Assembly: GCA_964437195.1 (NCBI GenBank)
Contig: CAYTGC010000035.1
Coordinates: forward strand, 1-28,964
Direction of reading: 5' to 3'
Length of the DNA: 28,964 bases
Origin: an uncultured Myxococcales bacterium
GTDB taxonomy: Bacteria > Myxococcota_A > Polyangia > Palsa-1104 > JAEUJZ01
Made by a program: the position numbers and the translations under genes. Positions 8,953 to 17,239 of this stretch are shown here, one piece after another (within the stretch, counting starts at the first letter, position 1; every line of letters starts with the position of its first letter). The notes below the pieces were generated by a model. The model did no database searches. It saw only the letters and a list, made by a program, of their open reading frames with translations, and was not told the origin of the DNA.

Positions 8953-9554
8953 TTGACGGCCTCCGGTTTCCACAGAGGAAGGCTATCGACTTCGCTGGTG
9001 ACGTGAACCGTGTCGTGACAGTCCTTGCTGATGCACGACAGCTCGTTGCGTCGCATTTTTTCCATGCGGCCCGGCTCGGCGCTGTGGGTCTCCCCTTTTA
9101 GATAGCGCCGGGCACCTTCGTGACAGTGCAGACACTCACGATTGTTGTAAGGCTCATACAGCGCAAGCTTGTCCGGGATCTTGCCAAAGTAGTTCACCAG
9201 TACGTGCTTTACGCCGCGCAGCTTCGCCTGAAAATCACCGTACATGGTGTACGTGGTGTGACAGCTAAAGCAAGCGCGCTCACGAGGAATCCTGCCGCCT
9301 TGAAAGTGGGAAGCTGCCAGGATCGTGGTGTCATCGACGAGCAGACTCCGTCCGTGTTTTCCCATCACATGGCACGACGTACAGAAGGTGGTCTGCTTCG
9401 AGTTCTCGACATGCCGATCTACACCCATCACACTGACGGTCACTGGCAAGACAAACAGACCAGTAAACGCCAGCGTTTTGCTCGTATGGGCTGGCCGAAA
9501 CAGGATCACCGCGGCCAGCAAGATGGCGATCCCAAACAGTGCCGCTAACATCAT
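8949..9554 (-). CDS. NapC/NirT/NrfH/CymA-family membrane-anchored tetraheme cytochrome c (quinol dehydrogenase)
   Basis: N-terminal TM anchor (MMLAALFGIAILLAAVILF), then CTSCH, CFSCH and CLHCH plus a fourth CISKDCH (CX4CH) motif. Size (~200 aa) and layout are typical of the family. GAGGGAAGG RBS upstream of the ATG at 9554. Confidence 0.8.
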   Translation of the reverse strand: MMLAALFGIAILLAAVILFRPAHTSKTLAFTGLFVLPVTVSVMGVDRHVENSKQTTFCTSCHVMGKHGRSLLVDDTTILAASHFQGGRIPRERACFSCHTTYTMYGDFQAKLRGVKHVLVNYFGKIPDKLALYEPYNNRECLHCHEGARRYLKGETHSAEPGRMEKMRRNELSCISKDCHDTVHVTSEVDSLPLWKPEAVK

Positions 9555-9587
9555 CCTTCCCTCACCCCGCCAGCGTTTAGGAATCGC

Positions 9588-9941
9588 CTACTTCTTGGCC
9601 AGCTTGCGGACGAACAACACCAGACCTTCGAGCTGATCGCCACTGATCTCGGGAGTGGCTGGCATCTTCACTTCCTTGCCATCCTTCGTTTCGGTCTTGC
9701 CCTTGTTGATCATTTCCTTCAGCTCGGCGTCCTTGAATCGTTCCTGAACTTTGGGATCGGTGAGATCACGCAGCGGACCACCAAACTTCTTTTTCGCCTG
9801 CTCGGTGTCTCCCTTGCCGTCTTCACCGTGGCACGAAGCGCACTTGGCCTTCCACGCCCGCTTCACGCGTGGATCATTTTCATCGGCTGAGGCCGACAAG
9901 GCAAATGACAGAAGGGATGCGATGATGAGCAGCTTGCGCAT
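9588..9941 (-). CDS. Class I monoheme cytochrome c, periplasmic (signal peptide MRKLLIIASLLSFALSASA)
   Basis: Single CASCH near the N-terminus and a downstream KMPA Met-ligand-type motif. ATG at 9941 is preceded by AAGGAGAG. The track ORF starts at an upstream GTG (9965). Confidence 0.75.
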   Translation of the reverse strand: MRKLLIIASLLSFALSASADENDPRVKRAWKAKCASCHGEDGKGDTEQAKKKFGGPLRDLTDPKVQERFKDAELKEMINKGKTETKDGKEVKMPATPEISGDQLEGLVLFVRKLAKK

Positions 9942-9990
9942 GAGAGACTCTCCTTGGGACCGCACTTGACGTTGGTCTGTGTAGTTTTGT

Positions 9991-11052
9991 CTAGAGCGTG
10001 TGGCAGTAGCGGCACATGCCGTTGCGTACGATCTCTTGACGGTCGTGCCGCTCCGTCCATTCAGGTGGATGCGGATTTCCGCCGAGCCCGCCGACTTTGT
10101 GGCAGTTCACACAGTTCGAGCGCGGTCCTTGATCGTGGCAGCTTGCACAGCTTGTGATGTTACGACGTGCCGCAAGTCCATGGAACTGCGGAGTGCTAGG
10201 CGTGTTAAACCCAGGCGGATGTGGGTTTCTCGGATTGTCACTCCTACCGCTGACTCCCTGCTGGTTGTGGCAGTTTTCACAGAAGCTCTGACCATGGCAG
10301 CGCAGACATGAAGTCGGATCGGCACGAGATTCCATGCTGTGCCTGCCGACGAAGTCACCGCGATGAATCAGATCGCTGTCTGCTCGCTCTGGGAACTTGA
10401 GCTCAATTGGCGCAAAGACCGTCTTGGCATGACAGTCCGCGCAGAACGTCTGCTCGTGACAGGTTGCACAGCTATCCGGCGTCGAGCGGGCAGGGCGCGC
10501 GTGACCCAGCACGAAGTTCCCTTGATGCGAGAACTGGGTGATCGGCTTCTGCGGATACCGCTTCAGATCTTTGTGACAGCTTCCGCAACTTCCCTGCTCA
10601 TATTCCTGCTTGTGGGTATGGCAGCCGAAACACGACTCCATCGTTGGTGCGACGGCAGGCTGTCCTTTTTCCGACAGCGTCTTGTGGCAGCGCGTGCAGT
10701 CTTCCTTGGTCTGCTCGATGTGCTTGGCGTGCGACAGCTTGAGGGTCGATGGCTGGCGGCGATAGGAAGTCGGACGCACTGGATCAGTGTGACAATATCC
10801 GCAGTTTCCGTTCTTCTTGTTGTCCTCGTGACACTCAAGGCACTTGGACTCTTTGGGGAAGAAGTCCCCTTTCATGTCCTGCGCGTCATAGATGGTTTCA
10901 TGACAGACGAGGCAGTCCACTTTGGCTTTGGTGTGAACGCTGTGCGGAACCTTGATCGCGTCGCCCCCACCGATCTTGGCCCAGAAAGTCGCGCAGGCGA
11001 CGGTAAATAAAACGCTGGCGAGAAGGAGCCAGCGGAGGCCACGGGCGCTCAT
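9991..11052 (-). CDS. Periplasmic multiheme cytochrome c with 13 CXXCH motifs in 353 aa
   Basis: CLVCH, CLECH, CGYCH, CTRCH, CFGCH, CGSCH, CATCH, CADCH, CLRCH, CENCH, CASCH, CVNCH and CRYCH with abundant extra His. N-terminal signal/anchor MSARGLRWLLLASVLFTVACA. Its ATG overlaps the stop of the porin gene (ATGA at 11049..11052). Confidence 0.85.
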   Translation of the reverse strand: MSARGLRWLLLASVLFTVACATFWAKIGGGDAIKVPHSVHTKAKVDCLVCHETIYDAQDMKGDFFPKESKCLECHEDNKKNGNCGYCHTDPVRPTSYRRQPSTLKLSHAKHIEQTKEDCTRCHKTLSEKGQPAVAPTMESCFGCHTHKQEYEQGSCGSCHKDLKRYPQKPITQFSHQGNFVLGHARPARSTPDSCATCHEQTFCADCHAKTVFAPIELKFPERADSDLIHRGDFVGRHSMESRADPTSCLRCHGQSFCENCHNQQGVSGRSDNPRNPHPPGFNTPSTPQFHGLAARRNITSCASCHDQGPRSNCVNCHKVGGLGGNPHPPEWTERHDRQEIVRNGMCRYCHTL

Positions 11053-12311
11053 TCATGCACCTCACGGAAGACTTGCGTTGCGTTATACGCGAGCTTCACA
11101 ACAAACTCCACTCGGCGTTCCACAAACGGAGTCACGTCAGCAAATCCGGTGGCGACGAGCTTGAAACCACGGCCAAGATCTCCGGCCACGGTTCCGGTTC
11201 CAGTGAAAGAGTAACTCTGTCCGTTTATCGCCTGATCAAGGAAGTAACTGTTGGCACCTAGCGTGACGAACCACGAGGGGGAGAGCTTGTGGGTGCTGTA
11301 AAGACGCGCCTGCACATAGCCGTTGTTTGGTAGCTTGAGGAGTCGCAGCTCGCCGTTGATTGTGGTGTGATCGCGCTGCCCAAGTGCGACGGTGGCCTTG
11401 ATTCCGCCGCGTGCGCCTGCGCCCTCCATGTTCACCACGGCACGAAGGTCGCCGTAGAAGCGCAGCCTGCGAATCGGCTTAAAGAAGACGTTTCCGCCCA
11501 CTTCATCACGCGTCTCTTGTGAGAAGACAGAGAACACAGAGTTTAGCGGCAGAAAGAGATCCGGCGCGGTTCGGCGATAGTCCGCACCGATCTGGAACAT
11601 CAGGTTGGGAATCCAGGTTGCAGCGACGTCGGCTTCGGCAACGCGCGCTTCAGGAATCGAATACAGGGTGTAGCCGGTGAGCGCGACTTGCTCATGTGGA
11701 ACGTAGCGAGCGTCGACGGCAAGATCCTGCCGGGCTGCGCGTCCTTCGCCCATCACTTGATTGAAGGACACGCCGACTTCGGTATCGACAGAGTGTCGAT
11801 AGAACATCCGACCACCAAAGACCACGTCACCGCGGCTGACCGAGAAACGCGGTGTGACTGGCACTCCACCATACCCAGATATTCCAAGTCCCTTGTAGAT
11901 CTGGATCGTGGCAGAACCGCCATCAAGCTGGGTGCTGCGGGCGGCTCCACCGAACACAAACTGGCGCCCGAGTCGAAGCTGGACGCGCCGTTTCCAGAAG
12001 CTACCGTCGAGATAGCCGAGATCGATGTCTCCCGACCAGTACTGATCGCGACCAATGTCGAGCTGCACCGAACCCCAGCCCGACATCACGATGTTGATGC
12101 TGTCAAAGTACGGTCGCTTGATCTGCGCCGTGACCCCTAACGACTGATAGACCGGAACAACGGTGTGGATCTGTCCATCCCGCGGATCTGCGCGTCCTGC
12201 CAACAGCGTCGATACGTTGAATTCAACGGAGTCTGCATGTGCAGATCCACTGGCAAACAGAAGGCCACACAGGATGGTCCGGCAGAGTCTTGGATGGCGT
12301 CTAATTTCCAT
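11049..12311 (-). CDS. Outer-membrane beta-barrel (porin-like) protein; candidate porin of a porin-cytochrome complex
   Basis: Signal peptide MEIRRHPRLCRTILCGLLFASGSAHA. The 420-aa body is Gly/Tyr/Ser/Thr-rich with alternating hydrophobic beta-strand-like patterns and aromatic residues near the C-terminus (KLAYNATQVF). It sits between the periplasmic and lipoprotein cytochromes. Its start overlaps the stop of the upstream cytochrome gene by 11 nt. Confidence 0.55.
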   Translation of the reverse strand: MEIRRHPRLCRTILCGLLFASGSAHADSVEFNVSTLLAGRADPRDGQIHTVVPVYQSLGVTAQIKRPYFDSINIVMSGWGSVQLDIGRDQYWSGDIDLGYLDGSFWKRRVQLRLGRQFVFGGAARSTQLDGGSATIQIYKGLGISGYGGVPVTPRFSVSRGDVVFGGRMFYRHSVDTEVGVSFNQVMGEGRAARQDLAVDARYVPHEQVALTGYTLYSIPEARVAEADVAATWIPNLMFQIGADYRRTAPDLFLPLNSVFSVFSQETRDEVGGNVFFKPIRRLRFYGDLRAVVNMEGAGARGGIKATVALGQRDHTTINGELRLLKLPNNGYVQARLYSTHKLSPSWFVTLGANSYFLDQAINGQSYSFTGTGTVAGDLGRGFKLVATGFADVTPFVERRVEFVVKLAYNATQVFREVHE

Positions 12312-13932
12312 CAGAGACTCCGTTAAGATGCGTCGTGGTCATCGCGCCCGCAGAGCCAGTAAATACAATCGTCCCGTTTGCATCCATGGTCTTTGCGTGA
12401 CACTTCACGCAGTCGACGAGACGCATGGTTGCAACGTGATTGACATCTTTGGGGGGAATGCCGTGGCACGACCCGCACGAGCCCTGATTGGGGGCGGTCC
12501 AGATCGGCGTGCGGTTGACCGTCGGATTGGTATCGCCAAGGAGCTTGCTTCCGCCACCGTGGCAGTACGTGTTTGTACACTTCGCGGTTCCGCTGTTCCA
12601 GGTTGGTGTCGCGCCTTCCAGCGTACTCAGCTTGGCGCCAAGTGAGGCCGGGAAGATGGCGACTCCTTGTCCGCCGACTTTGTGGAGGTTGGTTCCTGAT
12701 ACGAGTAGCTCGACGCCACGGTGGCACTCCGTGCAAGCGATCGGAGCGCTCATCTTGTGTGTGGCGCTGACGTGAGCCGTGTGCGCCCCCACAGACAAAA
12801 TCGTTGAGTCCGTCTGTCGGATTAGGTTCTGAAACGCTGTGCTTCCGGTGAAGCCGTGACAAGAGGAGCACTGTCCTTTTCCATCACCGGCGTCGCTCTT
12901 TCCATCGACGTGTAGTGTTCCCGGGATGAACTCTTTGGCTTCATTTACGGTTCCGTTGTGGCAGATCACGCATCGCGTGGATGTCGCAGCGTGGCTGGCT
13001 GGAGGGGCACCGTGACAGGTTCCGCACTTGATCTCGCTGGACGTGCCGGTCCACTTCGGTGTGGTGTTCATGGCATTCAGATCACCGAGCACCGCACCGT
13101 GACAGTAAACGTTCGAGCACTGCTTGGTGCTTGCATCGAGCAGTGGCGGACTCAGACGATACATCGCATAGGGAGTCGCACTGGCCAGACTGCCAAACGA
13201 GATGATCGGCGGTGTGGTTCGCAGCGTCTCATCGGCATTGAAGACATGCCCCGGATCAAGCCATGACACCCGCTTGGGGTGACACTCTGTGCAAGCCAGC
13301 GAGCGTCCCAGCGTCGCTCCTTTGATGTGCGCGCGGTGTGCATTGGGGAGCCGCGAGTGACAGGTGTCACAAGTGGTCACGCCTTGCGGGTGGCATGTTA
13401 GACAGGAAACCTCCGCTGCTCCGCCGCTGAGATCCTTGCCATGGCAGTCCGAACATGCACTGAGCTTGTAGTTGGCCTGCCGCAGCAGCGCCCCGTGAAA
13501 CTGTCCGTTCGGATCCTCGGGATTCAAGATGCCTGCCTGATGGTAGACCGTCCGGGCGTAGGACATGTTGCAGTCCACCACCCAGCTTCGCAGGCTTTCG
13601 CGAACAGAGTCCGTGATGTTTTTGTGTGCTGCCGAGGTCGTGTCACTCGCGATGATTTGGAGGAGCTGGGAGTTGCTGTCACCAGCGACGGCACGGACTG
13701 GTACTTCGCCGCCCCCTAAGACCGACAGATAGTTCGCGGTATCTAGACTTGCGGCAGGACTTGCCCCACTGTGACAGCTTCCACAGTTGTCTTTGAGAAG
13801 AGGCGCGATTTCGTCTTTCCAACTGATGCACTGCGTGCGGGTTCCTTGCGGGGTCCGCGCGCTGCCGCAGCCAGTACCAACGAGCAATGCCACTGCGAAA
13901 AGCAGCGACGGATGTCTCAGCATCCGACCCAT
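12301..13932 (-). CDS. Multiheme c-type cytochrome lipoprotein (11 CXXCH plus 2 CX4CH motifs), probable outer-membrane/extracellular
   Basis: ATG at 13932 is preceded by AAGGAG. Lipoprotein signal MGRMLRHPSLLFAVALLVGTGC. Motifs CGSCH, CSDCH, CLTCH, CDTCH, CTECH, CSNVYCH, CGTCH, CVICH, CSSCH, CTECH, CTNTYCH, CGSCH and CVKCH. The track ORF extends to an upstream start at 14043. Only 4 nt separate it from the stop of the upstream decaheme gene. Confidence 0.8.
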   Translation of the reverse strand: MGRMLRHPSLLFAVALLVGTGCGSARTPQGTRTQCISWKDEIAPLLKDNCGSCHSGASPAASLDTANYLSVLGGGEVPVRAVAGDSNSQLLQIIASDTTSAAHKNITDSVRESLRSWVVDCNMSYARTVYHQAGILNPEDPNGQFHGALLRQANYKLSACSDCHGKDLSGGAAEVSCLTCHPQGVTTCDTCHSRLPNAHRAHIKGATLGRSLACTECHPKRVSWLDPGHVFNADETLRTTPPIISFGSLASATPYAMYRLSPPLLDASTKQCSNVYCHGAVLGDLNAMNTTPKWTGTSSEIKCGTCHGAPPASHAATSTRCVICHNGTVNEAKEFIPGTLHVDGKSDAGDGKGQCSSCHGFTGSTAFQNLIRQTDSTILSVGAHTAHVSATHKMSAPIACTECHRGVELLVSGTNLHKVGGQGVAIFPASLGAKLSTLEGATPTWNSGTAKCTNTYCHGGGSKLLGDTNPTVNRTPIWTAPNQGSCGSCHGIPPKDVNHVATMRLVDCVKCHAKTMDANGTIVFTGSAGAMTTTHLNGVSDGN

Positions 13933-13936
13933 CGCC

Positions 13937-16393
13937 TTACTCCTTTTCGCGTGAGTAGGGGGGCTTGTACGGGCTGCTGATGTTGTGGGCTTTGCTGACA
14001 GCGAACTCGGCACCTTCTCCATGGCAAACCATGCAGGTTTCAACCGGCTTGCCCATCGGATCTGTCCAGGTGTTTAGCGCCGCGTGTCCTGCAGCAGCAG
14101 AGGTATCGTGGCAGCCCAGGCACGCCATGGTATTGGCCTGCAGATACGCATTGTTTTTGCACTTGCCGGACACGCAGGCTTGGCCAACTCCGCACGGCGC
14201 GGTCGCCGAGCAGGTTGCATTCGAGTCACCGTGGCACTTGGTGCAGTTGCGCACATCCTGTGGGAACAGAAACTCCGAAAAATCGTTCGTGCTGTTCGAG
14301 TTTCCGATGTAGACCAACGCGCCCGGGTTAATGAGTCCGCCTCGCTCTGCGTATCCGCCCAGGTGTCGCGCAAAGTGAGTCGAGTGAATCATCGACGCAA
14401 ACTGAATGGTCTGTCCGGGCGTCGGGTCCACCGCGACAACGCAGGTGTCGAGCTTTCCATCGACGGGATTTACGTCTTGGCAGGTCTCCCAGCCTGCGGC
14501 GTTTCCTCGACACTGCGTGCTTACCGTGCAGGCCAGACCACGGGCTCCCACCGTGCGATCCACGGCGCCAGTGGTGTGACAGATCGAGCAGCCTTCGGCA
14601 TCACGACGGCTGCCTCCGTGCGCTTGGGCAGTGACGTGACAGGCATTGCAGGACTCTCGCTTGATGACATGGCGGGGCTGAATCGGCTGTGAACCACCGA
14701 CGCGGAAGTCCACCAGTGCAGTGCCTACATCGCGAACGTTCGTTCCTTTGTAGCTTGTCGTCTCAACGACATAAAGCCAAGCAGAGTACGTTCCTGCCGG
14801 ATTCGGTCGTGGCGTAAGACCCGTTGTGTTCAGCGGCGGCAGTGCACTCGCTGGCCACGTCGTCGCTGGGTTAAACGTATAGAGGTTGGTCCCAGAATCA
14901 AACGTCAGCGTACCGGTGGTCTTCACGTTGGTCGACGGATAAATCATCTGTCGATCGTTTGTCGGGCCACCGATAAGGAGCGTTCCAGAGAGCGCGGTAT
15001 TGGTCTTCAAATCGACGATCGGATTCCCTGTCCCATCAAGAAGCTTGAAGGTCAGCTTGGGTAAGTCGCCGACCATCATGGCTCCCATCGGACCCGATCC
15101 ACCTGCCATCACAACCTCAGACAGAGAGATCTTGCGGACACGCGTACGCGTCAGGATCTCGTGTTTGTCTGGTATGGGCGAAATTCCAGATGAGTCCGCG
15201 CTGTGGCAGGTTGCGCACTGCGAGTCGTCCGTCTGCTTCGGATGCGTGGCGGTCTCGCACAGCAGCGTCACGGTATTGCACTTGGCCAGGCTGCTCCTCG
15301 CGGCGCAGTCGGTATCGGTGGCACATGCACCTGTATAGGTGCGGACCGGATTGAGCGTTCCGGTATCAAAGAACAGCGAGTCATGACAAGCACCACAGGC
15401 CTGGCGTGACGGCTTCTTCAGATTTCGATCATCTTTGTGACACTTGGCGCAGTCTTTTTCTGCGTCAGGCATCGATGGGAAACCGACGTTCTTATACAGA
15501 GCCAAGGATGCGTCGGCAGGGACTCCGTACTCTGGATGGGCAACGCCTGCACTTGCTTGGTGCTCGCCTCGGTGTGCCGCGTGAACCTTGCGCACCGTCG
15601 TGTTTACACTGTATCCGTCCTGGTTGTGACAGACCTTGCAGGTCGCGATGGGGAATTGATCGAGCGCCCAGTTGCCGAGCGGTGAGAATCCCGGCTCGAT
15701 GTGATGCATGTAGAGCTTGCCACTCGCTGCTCCCTTGTGACAGTCGCCGCAGCTGGATGACTGAGGATCACCGGATGCGTACGTCTCGACGGTGGCGGTT
15801 CCAATCTGGAAGTCTAGGAGTGGGAAGATTTGCTGCTGCTCGTCTGGGGTCTTGGCCCACAGTGCCACCGTGTAGGTTCCCGCGGCTTCGCTGCTGATCG
15901 CAGCCAGCTGATAGACCAGAGTCCCGTCCTTTTCGGTGCTAAGTCCCGCTGCGTTGGGATTTGCGTACGAAGGACTCTTCAGGTTGATGTAGTGGTGCTG
16001 GCGATCCTTGGCCGCTCGGTCGGTGACGGCATTGAGCAGCCGATTGGCACTCCTCGTGGTGAGTGCTCCACGCGGACCGACGAGATAGAGATTCGCCGTG
16101 CCCAATTCCGAAGGCAGGAGCAGTCTGCTGCAGGTAGACCCCAGCTTGATGGTGAGCTTCGGAGCTTCACCCGGCAGGTAGTACGAACCCTGAGCGGGCG
16201 GGCTGAGCGCAAGCTCTGCCTTGAATCCTGGGGCATTTGGATCACATGACACCGCGGTCATGTTCTCGTCAGGAATCAAGGAGCCGGAGGGACCACTTGG
16301 GCCGACTGGGCCTTCGCAAGTGGCGACGAGCAAGGCACACAGGGAGAGAAGCCTACTGATTGGCCGCATGGATATTAGTCTCTTAAGGATCAT
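13937..16393 (-). CDS. Decaheme c-type cytochrome lipoprotein (~818 aa) with an MtrC/OmcA-like beta-domain / pentaheme / beta-domain / pentaheme layout
   Basis: GGGAGA RBS 6 nt upstream of the ATG at 16393. Signal and lipobox MILKRLISMRPISRLLSLCALLVATC. Ten CXXCH motifs fall in two clusters of five (CGDCH, CKVCH, CAKCH, CGACH, CATCH / CNACH, CSICH, CTKCH, CLGCH, CMVCH), separated by heme-free regions of ~280 and ~160 aa. The track ORF extends upstream to 16633 without an RBS. Confidence 0.8.
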   Translation of the reverse strand: MILKRLISMRPISRLLSLCALLVATCEGPVGPSGPSGSLIPDENMTAVSCDPNAPGFKAELALSPPAQGSYYLPGEAPKLTIKLGSTCSRLLLPSELGTANLYLVGPRGALTTRSANRLLNAVTDRAAKDRQHHYINLKSPSYANPNAAGLSTEKDGTLVYQLAAISSEAAGTYTVALWAKTPDEQQQIFPLLDFQIGTATVETYASGDPQSSSCGDCHKGAASGKLYMHHIEPGFSPLGNWALDQFPIATCKVCHNQDGYSVNTTVRKVHAAHRGEHQASAGVAHPEYGVPADASLALYKNVGFPSMPDAEKDCAKCHKDDRNLKKPSRQACGACHDSLFFDTGTLNPVRTYTGACATDTDCAARSSLAKCNTVTLLCETATHPKQTDDSQCATCHSADSSGISPIPDKHEILTRTRVRKISLSEVVMAGGSGPMGAMMVGDLPKLTFKLLDGTGNPIVDLKTNTALSGTLLIGGPTNDRQMIYPSTNVKTTGTLTFDSGTNLYTFNPATTWPASALPPLNTTGLTPRPNPAGTYSAWLYVVETTSYKGTNVRDVGTALVDFRVGGSQPIQPRHVIKRESCNACHVTAQAHGGSRRDAEGCSICHTTGAVDRTVGARGLACTVSTQCRGNAAGWETCQDVNPVDGKLDTCVVAVDPTPGQTIQFASMIHSTHFARHLGGYAERGGLINPGALVYIGNSNSTNDFSEFLFPQDVRNCTKCHGDSNATCSATAPCGVGQACVSGKCKNNAYLQANTMACLGCHDTSAAAGHAALNTWTDPMGKPVETCMVCHGEGAEFAVSKAHNISSPYKPPYSREKE

Positions 16394-16475
16394 AATAATT
16401 CTCCCTGCCTCGAAATGGGAAGCGGATAGTCGATCTTCGGCCTTGAAAGTTGTACGCGGATTCAGCAGATGGCTG

Positions 16476-16518
16476 CTCGATCGAGTCTGCAAATCTGCCG
16501 TAAGGATCGACTCGATCC
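16476..16518. promoter_or_regulatory. Pair of operator-like palindromes in the divergent promoter region between the cytochrome operon and the EF-hand gene: CTCGATCGAG (16476..16485) and GGATCGAcTCGATCC (16504..16518)
   Basis: Both are perfect palindromes sharing a TCGATCGA/TCGA-N-TCGA core. GATCGAGTC (16479..16487) and GACTCGATC (16509..16517) also form a 9-bp inverted repeat. They lie ~70-120 bp upstream of the ATG at 16393. Confidence 0.3.
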
Positions 16519-16650
16519 ATCTACTCCCTCCTGGCCGTCGTGGGCTCCGTGAACATCGTGGCCGGGACGACATGTGCGAGAACGTCGTCGAGAAACAGCG
16601 TGATATGGACAGCTCCCGAACTTGAGCCGACAATGCTGTCGGGGGTGTTT

Positions 16651-17214
16651 ATGTCCAGCATTCTGTCACCGCTTCAGGTTCGGAAGTTCACCACGCTGTT
16701 TTCCCACTACGATGTGAACGGAGATGGCGTTCTGTCAGAGGCAGACTTTCGCGAGCAAGCGCGACGGATTCTCGACAGCTTCGGCTGGACCAACGATGAG
16801 AATCGTTCCCGCCACGTCTATGACAGTCGGGCCGAGCTGTTTTTGCGCTTGGCCTCTGGCGCAGACAAAGATCGCAACGGGTCGGTCTCGCTCGAAGAAT
16901 TTCTGCGCTACTTTGAACGGCAGATCTTGGCTCATCGGGCCGCAGGGGTTGCTTCTCCATGGCTTGTCCAGGCCTGTCGCGATGTGATCGAAATCATCGA
17001 TCACGATGGCTCTGGCTGCATCACGGAACTGGAGTACGCACGGCTCCTCAAGTCGATGGGATCAGACGCCGATCCGCATGAGACGTTTCTGAAGATTGAT
17101 CGTGACAGCGACGGAAAGTTGTCACTAAAGGAGCTGATCGCACTCTCGCTGGAGTTTATGATCAGCGAAGACCCGGAAGCTCCCGGGAACTTCTTTTTCT
17201 GCGGTAAGGTGTAA
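16651..17214 (+). CDS. EF-hand calcium-binding protein with four canonical 12-residue loops
   Basis: The four loops are DVNGDGVLSEAD, DKDRNGSVSLEE, DHDGSGCITELE and DRDSDGKLSLKE. ATG at 16651 follows a G-rich stretch. An alternative ATG lies at 16633, and the track start at 16540 is unlikely. The gene is divergent from the cytochrome operon. Confidence 0.8.
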   Translation: MSSILSPLQVRKFTTLFSHYDVNGDGVLSEADFREQARRILDSFGWTNDENRSRHVYDSRAELFLRLASGADKDRNGSVSLEEFLRYFERQILAHRAAGVASPWLVQACRDVIEIIDHDGSGCITELEYARLLKSMGSDADPHETFLKIDRDSDGKLSLKELIALSLEFMISEDPEAPGNFFFCGKV

Positions 17215-17239
17215 GCGGAGTCAGCCGAGCAGCGTGGGG

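Noticed and set aside
10339-11010. 223-aa + ORF antisense to the 13-heme cytochrome gene
   Set aside because: It is antisense to a gene with 13 CXXCH motifs and has no independent signal.
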